Position numbers and translations under genes: made by a program. From assembly GCA_002633005.1 (NCBI GenBank), contig NMRA01000132.1, positions 1-64,000 on the forward strand: a DNA stretch of 64,000 nt. The letters run 5' to 3'. Source of the DNA: Phoronis australis (lineage: Eukaryota > Animalia > Phoronida). Position 1 is the stretch's first letter, and each line of letters begins with the position of its first letter. Below the pieces are notes generated by a model, which made no database searches, was not told the origin of the DNA, and saw only the letters and a list, made by a program, of their open reading frames with translations. This document shows positions 1 through 12,335 of this stretch, piece after piece.

Positions 1-775
1 CCTTGACACGGGATGTGTCTCGTAGGCTGCTATCATAGTACTTGCCAAGGCACTTGACTGGTTGTTCACTTATTGTAGGAATTCTGCATCCTGCTATCGA
101 AAACGTCTGTCTCTTGAGCAACACGCCTCTGCTGATAATTAGTGATCTGGACTTCTCTGTCTTGAATGACATACGGGCCCATTTAGTGAGCTCTTCTAGG
201 CAACGGAGAATTGGTCTGGCTCCCACTGGTGACTCTGTCACAATTGTAATGTCGTCAACAAAAGCTCTACATGACGGCTGTCTGACTTCATCTAGCTTGG
301 GACCTGTTCGCTCAGATTGGGCTCTCTTCAGCAGGACATTCATTGCCATGATAAACAGGATGACTGAAATGGTACAGCCTGTCATAATTCCTTTTTCAAG
401 GTGTTGCCACTTCGTAGTGAAGTTGCCGACTGTGAAACGCATCACACAGGAGCTATAGTATGACTTCACTATACTCTTGACTTTCTTAGGAATGTGGTAG
501 GTGTCCATGGCACGATAAACTAATACATGCGGTACCGAACCGTACACATTTGCCATGTCGAGCCACACCATAGACAGATTCTTCTTGCCCTTCTTCGCTC
601 GGTGTATGAGTTCACTTATGATAGAATTATGTTCCAGGCATCCAGAAAAGCCTGGTATCCCGCCTTTCTGTAAAGATGTGTCAATATACTTGTTCTTGAT
701 CATGAAGTCTGTTATTCTGCCGGATAGGATTGCTAAGTAGATCTTTCCTTCCACGCTAAGGAGTGAAATTGGTCA
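1..775 (-). mobile_element. Non-LTR retrotransposon (R2 group, HERO-like) reverse transcriptase fragment, running off the window start
   Basis: The minus frame from 772 is open to the window edge: *PISLLSVEGKIYLAILSGR...QKGGIPGFSGCLEH...WLDMANVYGSVPH...KGIMTGCTISVILF...AFVDDITI...VKCLGKYY. These are RT motifs typical of HERO/R2-group LINEs. It is missing from the ORF track because no stop codon falls in the window. Confidence 0.85.
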
Positions 776-2820
776 TTTGGTATGAACGTTCAAGAGTATT
801 TACAGAAGCTACGCTCGGCAGCCCTTCACATTGGCTACAATGATCAACATATTAAAACGAAACTTCTTTACTCATTACCGTTGGAATGCCAGAGAGCTGT
901 GGTCATGACAGCACCACTAGAGGCCGATGCGAAGACAGTCGCCACATTGGCACAGCGTTTCATGGATGTACATTCCAATCAGGAAGTGACATTTTCCGAT
1001 GTCGTTATCGCCGCACCATGGGTATCACCGACGTGAACAGTCTCAATCGCCACGTCATAGAGGTGACGACTCCAGGCCGAACCAACTGAGGCATCGCAGT
1101 GAGTCCAGTCAGAATTATAACCCGAGTAACCAGCAGCAGTCCGGCATTCAGTGTTACCATTGTGGAAAGTTCGGACACACATGGAAGAAATGTTGTGGAG
1201 TTCAACTGCCATATTCGCAGATAAATTTTCGTTAATGGGTGATTCATCCGGACCACGTGAATAGCCTCTTGCCAACGAGGATTGTTCAGTTTCTTGGCGA
1301 GAACTCATGTAACATTCAGTTAAGAGGTCGTAACTTTGCAAAAGGGACTGTTGGAGATAGGGAACACTTACTGATTTTATTTGATTCAGGAGCTACCCGA
1401 AGTATTGTGTCAGAATACTGTATTGCTAGATCTAAGTATTTGTCTAGGTTACCTCAAGTTAAGACGGTTGAACGTAGATTTAAGGTTGGCACTGGTGATT
1501 ATTTGGTATCTACTAGGAGAACTGTTTTCACAGTAAGCATACAGGGTCATAGTTAGTAACCTAACAGGCCCTGATCTCTTGATAGGTGACTCCTCTTTAG
1601 GTGCGCAACGGTCATCGATGGACTTCCAGACGCATATCATCAGAGTAAAACCTCGCAAGGTTTGGTTTCGACCCGTAAGAAATGAGGTTCTTCCACCTGG
1701 TGGTAGTCGGTACATTACCGTTAGGGGCAAAGTACCACAAATCATTAAAAATTCCACACCTCTCCTAGTCTACACGAGTATTGTCCTGACCACATGATTG
1801 TCAAGCTCAGACGCAGCAGCTGTACTGTTCCCATAACTAATACGTCTTGTCGTGTTTTACATATTCGTGCTAACAAATCTATTGGCTTTACAGATTTGAG
1901 TAAGTTGGCGTATGTGTCCCATGCAGTTGACCAACACACCTGGCAGGCTTTCATTTCCAGAGAGGAACGCGAATCTGACATCCAGTATGAGGTGTTGACC
2001 AAATACCCCCATGTGGAGAAAACATACTCTCTTAGTAAGCAGTCGCCTATTCAGGTATTGAGAAACTCAATTCAGCTAGATACAGATGAGTGTTGAATAA
2101 CGATGGTAAGACTAAAGTTCCAAATATGTTAGACAGGCATACTGATGCTTTTAGTTTGTATGGGGAGATGGGGCATTGTCCAAACATCGAAGTTAGCATA
2201 GAGTTGAACGACAGCACTCCATTCTGCATCAAACCATATAACATACCTGATAATCTCAAACCTGTTATGGACAGGGAACTATCCAAACTTGTCAGGCTGG
2301 GAATACTGAAGAAAGATTGTTCAGCTTACAGCTCTCCATGCATGCTCATACAAAAACCTGACTCACATGATTATAGATTTGTGTCTGACTTCAGATACTT
2401 AAACAAAAGAGTCCTTGCAGCTCAGCAAAATTACATGAGCTTACAGAATGTAAGCGCGGCTAGGATGCTCCAACAGTCGTGTGCTGTCTATTATTGATCT
2501 GAAGAGCGCCTTTCATACTTTACCACTGTCTGAGGATTCTCAGAAATACACTGGTATATGTCCGTACCCTGGTTCATCCATGTATCAGTATTTACGTCTT
2601 CCTAATGGGCTTGAACATGTCACCAGCAAGATGGCAACAACAAATGAATGAAATGTTGGCAACTATTCCAGGACATGATACTTTTTGTTGCGATTTGTGA
2701 TGATTGCATTATTTTCTCACAGGATGAAGGGACACATATGAAACACTTATAATGTGTTCTACAAAAATTTGAAGAGTATGGCTTAAAGCATTCACCCAGT
2801 AAATGTAGTCTATTTCGACG

Positions 2821-4248
2821 TTGATGTACTTACTTGGTCAAGACATTGACATAGACAATAAGGGTGTCGTACATGTACATGCTATGGCTAGTAAATGCAT
2901 TGCTGTTCACAAAATGGTTAGACGTTTTATTGGTACTGTCACTTACCGGAGTATGTATCTTCCTAAATTGCAGGACTTACTTGCACCTTTGCATTCTCTT
3001 ACCAGGAGAAAACAGCCTTTCATATGGAATGAGGAACATGATGTCACTTTCGGAACCATTAAGGACATGTTAACAAACCCTCCAGTCTTGTGTGCTTCAC
3101 AGGGAGATGGAGAGTTTCATCTTTATAGTGACACATCTTGGTCAGGTACTGGCTCTGTTTTGATGCAGGATATTGAAGGTGAACAAAGGGTAATTTGTTA
3201 TTACAGTAAACTCTTACCTGCTGCTGCTCTAAGATGTAGTGTCAGTGAGCTTGAACTGACAGGTCTTCTTGTCAACATTACTGGTTGGAAGTACTACCTG
3301 CAGTACCGATCATTCCATTGCTATGTTGACCATTCATCTCTTGTCCAAATTTATAATTCTAAGACTCAACCACCAACTCTTCGGTTGCAAAAACTACTTG
3401 AACAATTATCTCGGTACTCATTTGACTTGTCTTACAGGAAAGGTGCTGACATGGTCATTTCTGACTTTTTAAGCCGCTGTCCCCGCGATGATGACAACGA
3501 ACTTGAACGCATTATGCCTTTTGCAATGCCTGTGCAGTTGAGTGGTATTTTCTCAAATCATCATGCTTACCCCTTCAGACCATCCCCTGTTGAAAGACCA
3601 GTCACTAGAGCATTTGCCACGAAGAATCGGATACCAATTAAACCCATTTTTCCCGAGAACACACCCTGTTCCAGCTCAGTGTCCTCATGCAGCACTTCAC
3701 CTGGATCCGGACCAGACAGTCCAGATATCACAGATACTCCGTCCAGTACACCACTGTCAGGTAACGACGTGATATCTCCTTCTTCACGTGCTAGATATCA
3801 CCCACCAGTTAACGATACGTTGACAACTCCTGTGGAACCTGATAGTCAATTTATCCCATTTTGTGCTAGTTTGCCTGTACCTAGTGGAGTGAATACTAGG
3901 ACAGATTTACAGCCTAGTTGGGTAGCTTCTGAATCTAGGTTGGTCGATAACGTGGTGTCCACTAGGGTTAGTGTACAAGAGGAATTTTCTAGTGAGGAAG
4001 TTCCAGAGTTTCTACAAAAGCCAAAACCTTTGGTGTCCGATACTGATGACATGACTGCACAACAAATTCCAAACCAACGTGAGGTTAACAAAGTTCTCAA
4101 GATTATTAAACGGAAGATACTTCGTGACTACAATCTTCCTTTTGAGGCTCAACAGTTCCGTTTGGCCCAAATGGCTTCGCCACATTTTAAGCCTATTTAT
4201 GATTGTTTAGCGCACAATATCTTGCCCAGTGACAAAAAGGCTGCTTGA
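2821..4248 (+). pseudogene. Gypsy pol fragment: RT connection, RNase H and long Ser/Pro-rich spacer
   Basis: 475-aa ORF with RRFIGTVTY...LAPLHSLTRRKQPFIWNEEH...PPVL...FHLYSDTS...DHSSL...LSRYSFDLSYRKG. Confidence 0.85.
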
Positions 4249-5733
4249 TCTATCACGCTTAGATCAGAACAGTACTTGTGTGATGGCCTACTTTTTAGGT
4301 TGCTCTTCCCAAATGGCCAGGATCGTTTTTGTCTGCAGCTTGTGATCCCTGAAAAGTTCATAGACACATTGATATCGAAGTACCATGATTCTCTTTTGAG
4401 TAATCATCAGGGTTGTGTGAGAACTTACTCACAATGCTAAAACTGTTCTATTTCCCCTATGTGTATCAACGCATTGTGTCCTATGTCCAGTCTTGTGCAC
4501 GATGCCAAGAATTCAAGGGTAAGACTGATATTCCAAGACCTTTTCATGAACGTTTACCTGTTTCGTATTGTTCCTTCCAGACAATATCCTTGGATTTTAA
4601 GAAAATGGTCATGTCGAAGTCAGGGTACTTATGGTTAATGGTTACTACTTGTGCCATTACTAGATACACAGTTTGTGTTTCTTTGAAAACGCTTGATGCG
4701 CCATCTATCTGCGAGGCACTTATTCAACGCGTTATTTGCTGTTTTGGGATTCCTGAAGTTTAGGTTACTGGTGCGCAGTCGTCGCTGATTGGCAAAGTGA
4801 TGGACATTCTATGCAGCACACTGAAGATCGGCCACAAAGTTGTGTCTGTATTAAACCATGGTTCATTACATGTTGAGCGTCAGATCCATTCCATCACGGA
4901 CTTGATCAAACTGAATCTCGATCAATATGGGGATGATTGGGTGTTGCTCAATATTCATTTAATACATTTTCCTCTCCACAATTAGAGGATCACTCACCAT
5001 TCTACCTTGTGTTTTACAGAGAACCCCGTGATTTCAGTGGATTAAACTTCCAACCTCTCTTAGGTCTATCTAGCTGTCAGAAAGACTATATCCAACAACT
5101 GAAGGATCGCTTCCAGTCTGTTTCCAAATTCATGTTGGATCTACAGGCCAACCAACAAAAATCTCAGAATGAGAAAATCTCTCAGAGGGTGAATAAGTCC
5201 CCTGTTTATGAAGCAGAACAGCTAGTTTACTTACACAAACCCGATAGTTCCAGTTTGACATCTAATGCTAAGAAATTCACAGCTAAGTATGTAGGACCAT
5301 TTGTGGTTCACCAGGTTTTAGATTCGACACATGTCCTTCTAGCAGATCTTCGAGGTCGAGTCTTGCATGACGTTTTTCACATTAACAGAATTAAACCGGC
5401 CTTTCTTAGGGCGTCTGAAACGGGAAACATTTCTAACCTGCAAAAGTTGCGGGAGACATTGGCTGTTAATGATGCAGTAACTGGTTGCCAGGATCAAGTG
5501 AACGTGGCTACTCAAACGGCGCCCAAGTTTTGCGTTGTAGATGAAACTGGCAAGGAACTTGGTTATGATGACTCAGATTTTTGTTTTACAACCCAAACCC
5601 AGCGTATTGACTTGAAAAAACATGAACTACACATGAACACTAATAATGGTTTGGCATGTCCAAACACTTTGTCTAACAAGCAGAAGGTTAGATTGTTACA
5701 GGCGTTGCAAAATGCTCCGTCTGATGAAGTCCN

Positions 5734-7357
5734 GATCGTTTTTGTCTGCAGCTTGTGATCCCTGAAAAGTTCATAGACCCATTGATATCGAAGTACCATG
5801 ATTCTCTTTTGAGTAATCATCAGGGTTGTGTGAGAACTTACTCACAATACTAAAACTGTTCTATTTCCCCTACGTGTATCAACGCATTGTGTCCTATGTC
5901 CAGTCTTGTGCACGATGCCAAGAATTCAAGGGTAAGACTGATATTCTAAGACCTTTTCATGAACGTATACCGGTTTCGTATTGTTCCTTCCAGACAATAT
6001 CCTTGGATTTTAAGAAAATGGTCATGTCGAAGTCAGGGTACTTATGGTTAATGGTTACTACTTGTGCCATTACTAGATACACCGTTTGTGTTCCTTTGAA
6101 AACGCTTGATGCGCCATCTATCTGCGAGGCACTTATTCAACGCGTTATTTGCTGTTTCGGGATTCCTGAAGTTTTGGTTACTGGTGCGCAGTCGTCGCCG
6201 ATTGGCAAAGTGATGGACATTCTATGCAGCGCACTGAAGATCGGCCACAAAGTTGTGTCTGTATGAAACCATGGTTCATTACATGTTGAGCGTCAGATCC
6301 ATTCCATCACGGACTTGATCAAACTGAATCTCGATCAATATGGGGATGATTGGGTGTTGCTCAATATTCATTTAATACATTTTCCTCTCCACAATTAGAG
6401 GATCACTCACCATTCTACGTTGTGTTTTATAGAGAACCCCGTGATTTCAGTGGATTAAACTTCCAACCTCTCTTAGGTCTATCTAGCTGTCAGAAAGACT
6501 ATATCCAACAACTGAAAGATCGCTTCCAGTCTGTTTCTAAATTCATGTTGGATCTACAGGCCAACCAACAAAAATCTCAGAATGAGAAAATCTCACAGAG
6601 GGTGAATAAGTCCCCTGTTTATGAAGCAGAACAGCTAGTTTACTTACACAAACCCGATAGTTCCAGTTTTACATCTAATGCTAAGAAATTCACAGCTAAG
6701 TATGTAGGACCATTTGTGGTTCACCAGGTTTTAGATTCGACACATGTCCTAGCAGATCTTCGAGGTCGAGTCTTGCATGACGTTTTTCACATTAACAGAA
6801 TTAAACCGGCCTTTCTTAGGGCGTCTGAAACGCAAAACATTTCTAACCTGCAAAAGTTGCGGGAGACATTGGCTGTTAATGATACAGTAACTGGTTGCCA
6901 GGATCAATTGAACATGGCTACTCAAACGGCGCCCAAGTTTTGCGTTGTAGATGAAACTGGCAAGGAACTTGGTTATGATGACTCAGATTTTTGTTTTACA
7001 ACCCAAACCCAGCCTATTGACTTGAAAAAACATGAACTACGCATGAACACTAATAACGGTTTGGCATGTCCAAACACTTTGTCTAACAAGCAGAAGGTTA
7101 GATTGTTACAGGTGTTGCAAAATGCTCAGTCTGATGAAGTCCCATATACTATAGTCAGGGCCAAGTTTCAAGCGGGACAACTTCGCCTCTTGTTGTCATT
7201 ACTGCTTCCTCATGGAGAACTGCGTTTTTGGTGGGATCCTCACAATGAAAAGAATTGTGATGATCTGGCTGCAATGGTCATTGAGAGCAAGAGAGTGAAA
7301 TGCATTGGTACACCAGAGAAATTTGCCAAATCTGTGTATGGTATATTAAGAGTTTAG
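5734..7357 (+). pseudogene. Gypsy integrase with long C-terminal extension (second copy of an N-joined duplication of 4321-5732)
   Basis: HHCC zinc motif remnant (YH...NHQG...CARCQ), core ISLDF, GPF motif KYVGPFVVH...VFHINRIKP, then ~170 further residues. Confidence 0.8.
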
Positions 7358-7658
7358 TTAAGATATATTTACTGTGTCGTTTGCTAGAGGTTTTGTATGA
7401 CATTTGTTATAAGTAACTTGTAATGTTTCCTGAAATCTGTTGAGAGATTAACATAGAGCACTGAAATTTTTGGTAGGAAATTGTGACGTGATGTTCGATT
7501 ACACGTTCTATTCGGATTATTGGACTTTAGTCGTAATGATATTTTAGTCAGAGCTACTTCCTGTTGTCATCAACTTCCTGTCTCAGACCATGAGGTCATG
7601 ATACAATAAAGTGATGTTTTATTAGTTAAAATCTACGAGTTAACAGCAATTCGTTACA

Positions 7659-7669
7659 TGGTGGCAGCG
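7659..7669 (+). promoter_or_regulatory. Primer binding site, complementary to the tRNA-Leu 3' end
   Basis: TGGTGGCAGCG directly follows the 5' LTR. It is the complement of ...CGCUGCCA-CCA of tRNA-Leu(AAG/UAG). Confidence 0.7.
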
Positions 7670-7894
7670 TGAACAGGACCCTGATGAACCACTGAAGAGC
7701 CGAGCAGACCAAATTCATGAAAAGGCATTGTGGTTTTGCTCATTAATCCCAAACTAGTGAGCCTGATCTGATGAGTCCATTCCAGTTTTTACTCTGACTT
7801 GACTTTAAAGACGTGCTTAAGAAGTCCCTGTTGTCTCAGATTGCGACTCACGATGGCCCACGCTTATGGTCTACCTCATCCCTCCCCCTAAGAT

Positions 7895-8587
7895 TTGCAC
7901 TCCAACAATGTGGCAGAAGGATGGAGGAAATTCCGGAATGCTTGGGCGAATTACTCGCTGGCATCGGAACTAAACAAGAAGCCGGAAAATGTCCAGGTAG
8001 CAACACTCCTTACTGTAATTGGAGAAGCAAGAGAACTTTTCTACACCTTCGACATGACTGATGCCGAAAGAGAACAGATTGGTGCTGTAATGGACAGGTT
8101 TGCGACGTATAGCGAACCAAAAAAGAACACCCCATTTGAGAGATACTGCTTTAATAAGCGTGTACAGGAACCAGGTGAATCGTATGACCAGTACAAGGCG
8201 GCTTTGCAAAAATTGGCCGAGAGGTGCGAGTTTGCTGACATCACGCTAGACGACATACTCAGAGATCGTTTGGTATTCGGCATTAGAGATCCCAAGGTAC
8301 GTGAACGCCTACTCAAAGAAGCTTCACTGACGTTGAAAAAAACCGATGAGATTTGCAGGGCAGCCGAATCAACATCAGCACAGATGAAGTTGGTTGGAGA
8401 GGCTACAACGGGCGTCCATGCAGTCAACACTAGAAAGAAGCACCAGCCAACCCAAAGGAACAAAAAACAGACACAGACAAGCAAACAGCATGAGTGTCAA
8501 AGCTGTGGACTCAAGCATGGTGAAAAATGTCCTGCAAAAGGAAAGCAATGCAATAAATGCAGAAAATATAACCATTTTGCGGTTTAA
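7895..8587 (+). pseudogene. Mag-type Gypsy Gag
   Basis: NVAEGWRKFRNAW...QVATLL...RVQEPGESYDQY...LRDRLVFGIRD, plus CQSCGLKH and CNKCRKYNH knuckles; premature stop at 8585. Confidence 0.9.
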
Positions 8588-8623
8588 TGCTGGAGTGACG
8601 CATCTACAAAGAAGGCCAATGCA

Positions 8624-10886
8624 TTGTATGAAGAGGACCACCCCCAAACGTACGCAATCTCCAATATGGGAGAGCTTTCGCCTCGACAGATAATAACACT
8701 TTGTCTTGAAAACGGAAATTTTGTGCAGTTTCAGATTGACAGTGGAGCTGACACATCGGTTATCCCAGTCCACATCTACAAAGAAGCTACGGGTGACCAT
8801 ACACTGGGCAAACTGGAGTCAGTGGCATCGTGCATAGAGGCCTATGGAGGAAGCAAACTTCCGACAATGGGTCGAGTGATTCTCAGTACTTCGAGATTTG
8901 ATAGAAGATGCAACATCAGATGTCTAGTGGTGGACAATCCAAATGGAAGACCCCTGCTAGGGGAGAAGGCGTGCGTTGGTTTGAAAGTACTCAAATACAC
9001 AGACAACGACGATATGAGACGACCCTACCCTAAGGATGCCAAGATATTCAAGATTACCATGGCGACGGCATCAAAACCAGTTTCAAAAGAAGATTTTGTA
9101 AAAGCATTCCCAGATGCATTCAGTGACAAGGTGGGAAAGCTTGAAGGGGAGCACCGCATCAGACTGGATGACAGTGTGCCAGCTGTACAACATGCACCAC
9201 GCAGGGTACCAGTGCCCCTCAGGGAACCCTTGAAAGCGAAGCTGGAAGCTTTTGTCAAGGATGGGATCATTACCCCGATTGAAGAGCCCACGGAGTGGAT
9301 CAACTCTATGGCTGTTGTCCGTAAAAAAGACAATGTCCTGCGCATATGTTTGGACCCCAAACACCTGAATGAGGCCCTTCTTCGAGAGCACTACGAGATG
9401 CCAACAGTGGAAAACATCGCTACCAGATTGCACAACGCAAAAGTATTTTCCGTGCTGGACGTGACCAAAGGTTTTTGGCATGTACCTTTAAGCGAAGAAT
9501 CATCCTGGTTGACAACCTTTCACACACCCTTTGGGCGATATAGATGACTTCGACTCCCTTTTGGAATAAAGTCGGCACATGAAGTATTTCAGAGGAAAAC
9601 ACACGAGCTTATACAACGTTTACATGGCGTTGGGGTTCAGGCGGACGACTTCTTGGTAGTCGGTTTTAGGGACACTACAGAAGAAGCTGTACGTGATCAC
9701 GACAACAATCTCTCTACATTTTTACAATGATGCAAGGACAAGCATGTAGTACTGAACCGTAAGAAATTCAAGTTTAGGCAATCCTCTGTGGAATTCATCG
9801 GTCACATAGCCTCAGACAAAGGTATTCAGGCCGACCCAAGTAAAATCCAAGCTGTTTTGGACATGCCGACTCCAGAAGACGTCAAGGGTGTCCAGAGACT
9901 CTTAGGCATGGCATAATACTTGGGTAAGTTTTTGCCCAACCTCTCCAGTATTGTGGAACCTTTGAGAGCGCTTACAAGAAAGGAAGTTCCTTGGTCCTGG
10001 GATGTGCAACAGGTGCAGGCATTTGATAAACTCAAGCAGGCCATCGCAAGTACTCCTGTTCTGCGATACTACAACCTGGATGAAGTCGCCAATTTATCTT
10101 CAACGACATCCAGAGCTGTCATCAAAGAGATGATAAGAATTTTCGCTGTACATGGTGTTCCACAGGAGGTCTTTAGCGACAATGGGCCTCAGTTCAGTGT
10201 TTGCAGCAAAATGGAATTTCGTGCATAACACATCATCTCCTCGTTATGCGCAATCCAATGGCAAGGCAGAAAATGCAGTAAAGACGGTGAAGCGGTTGTT
10301 CAAGAAATGTCAGTCGGACAAAACCTCAGAATTTCAAGCTTTGCTTGACTGGCGAAACACACCGACTGAAGGTATGTCCACGAGCCCCGCTGAACGTCTC
10401 ATGGGACGAAGATGTCGCACCTTATTACCGATGACAGATCGCCTACTGGAGCCACGACACACCAAGGAAGGTGACATTCGAGATCTAAAAGGACGCAAGG
10501 AGCGACAGCGTTTCTACTACAATAAAGGCGCAAAGGATCTACCCATAATTGAGCTTGGTGATACTGTGCGTCTGAAGGTGCCGGGTGAGAACAAGTATAC
10601 CCCCGGAATCTGCCGCAACCAGGTCGGTCCACGTAGTTACGACATCCAAGTGGGACCAACGGTCTATAGGAGGAATCGGCGAGATCTGTTAAAAACAGAA
10701 GAGCCCAAGGTGGCTGATGACCACACAACACCCGAGTCACCCCCTGAGTCAACAACACCCGAGTCACCACCAATAACTCCAGAGGAGGATATTCCTAGAG
10801 CTCGTCCAGAAGGAGTCCAACCACGGCGATCGACTCGCGCGAGACATACACCACAGCGATTTGCGGACTTTGTTCTAAGTTCATAG
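8624..10886 (+). pseudogene. Mag-type Gypsy Pol (protease, RT, partial integrase; RNase H deleted)
   Basis: IDSGADTS, RRVPVPLRE, TEWINSM, RICLDPKHLN, TTFHTPFGRY, SDNGPQF, SSPRYAQSNGKAENAVK; several stops and frameshifts. Confidence 0.9.
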
Positions 10887-11945
10887 TTTTCTAGTTCAGA
10901 GACTTTAGATAAGCTTTCAGTTCAGAAAGGGAAGGATGTGACGTGATGTTCGATTACACGTTTTATTCGGATTATTGGACTTTAGTCGTAATGATAGTTT
11001 AGTCAGAGCTACTTCCTGTTGTCATCAACTTCCTGTCTCAGACCATGAGGTCAGGATATAATAAAGTGATGTTTTATTAGTTAAAATTTACGAGTTAACA
11101 GCAATTCGTTACAGAAATGACAGTTGACCTAAGTTGTTGTGTAGGAGACAGGACTTTGATTTACCTGTGTGTCATCATCTTTTGCCTTGTGTAGTACCTA
11201 CTTCGTTAACTCAACATTGCTATAGTGTGAACATGTGCTTCAGGTGTGAAACTTATTACTTGTGTGTTTAACGAATCTATTCATTGTATAATGATGCTGG
11301 TTTTGGGTTCTGTGCTATGTACTCGTATTGATCCTGAGTAATGATACGTCATCGTTTCCACTTTATTGTATTTGCTAAATGTACTTCATTTCGTGTTTTT
11401 TTTTTGTTTTGATAGTTAAGTATGTTATGTTATGTTATTTGTTAGGTAAAACCCCAGTTTTACTGCGAGAAGCGGGATGTTATGAGGGTTATCTCCCCTG
11501 GTCATGCAGGGCTGTTATGAGTGTTATCTCCCCTGGTCACGCAGAGTTGTGGGATTTTGGGGGGTCAGCGATAATACACATCAAATGGTGGCAAGAGTTG
11601 CATTTTTTTAATCTTGTGAATCTATTGTTGTCGTATGGCCGGGCAGATTGGGTGATACGCCCAGAGCAACGTTACATTATGAAGTTAATTAAACATGCTA
11701 AATTGTAATAGTATTGTGATTTGTACTGGAACTACACTTGCCTTATATGGCACAATTAGTTAGAATGGTTTATTATANACTAGTCTGAAGTGGTCATATT
11801 TGAGCTTGTGCAATTTGTTATGTAATGATTTACTTATTATTAGGTGACTGAGTAGGCCCATTGAGGCTGGGGGGTGTGGTGAATAATCTGTCTTTTATAT
11901 TGTATTTACTGGTACCCTTATGTCACTATAATAAATAAATACACA

Positions 11946-12335
11946 TTGTCCTCTGCTGTTGTGACAGTTCACTTGCACGGCAAATTTTAATGACATTTTC
12001 CAACGAATAATCATTACTTCTAAGTCTAGAAGTTTCAACTTGATATGACTGTCGCGGACACCACTAACAATTCTGTCACAAATAAATGTGTCTTCTATGT
12101 CACCATAGTCACATCCTTTTGCGCGATGCTACAGATCGGCAACAAAAGCCATAAGCGACTCACCGGCTTTCTGGTTGCGTTCCAAAAATGCTTGTCTGCG
12201 AATATTTCGGTACTTCTTGTGGCCATAGTGTTCATCAAAACATTTCAGTACCACGTCTAAATTATACCTGTCTTCCGGTGACAAATCAAATGTATTAAAC
12301 AATTTGACACCATCTGCCCCAAGGAGATGAAGTAA
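11946..12335 (-). pseudogene. Inverted Gypsy gag fragment
   Basis: LLHLLGADGVKLFNTF...RNQKAGESLMAFVADL*...CDYGD...ICDRIVSGVRD...IKICRASE. Confidence 0.8.

Larger units (their letters stand above)
7482..11113 (+). mobile_element. Mag-type Ty3/Gypsy LTR retrotransposon nested in the outer Gypsy, internally deleted
   Basis: 177-bp LTRs at 7482-7658 and 10937-11113 (TG...CA, 5 mismatches by eye). TSD GAAAT at 7477-7481 and 11114-11118. PBS TGGTGGCAGCG at 7659, PPT AGAAAGGGAAGGA before 10937. Gag 7895-8587 with two CCHC knuckles, protease IDSGADTS, RT (RICLDPK, QADD), integrase C-terminal half. Confidence 0.95.
782..11700 (+). mobile_element. Degenerate Ty3/Gypsy LTR retrotransposon (outer element), 5' end missing
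   Basis: Gag zinc knuckle CYHCGKFGH (~1150), protease LFDSGATRS (~1380), RT (~2100-2900, frameshifted), RNase H (LYSDTS, YSKLL, ELELTG, ADMVISDFLSR) and integrase with GPF motif. A purine tract GCGAGAAGCGGGA (11465-11477) followed by TGTTATG marks the probable 3' LTR start at 11478; the LTR end is uncertain. Confidence 0.85.

Noticed and set aside
42-740. Plus-strand ORFs 42-458 and 555-740
   Set aside because: They are antisense to the LINE RT frame.
4321-7142. Gypsy element with two tandem integrases
   Set aside because: The copies are near identical and meet exactly at an N (5733), so this is most likely an assembly overlap.
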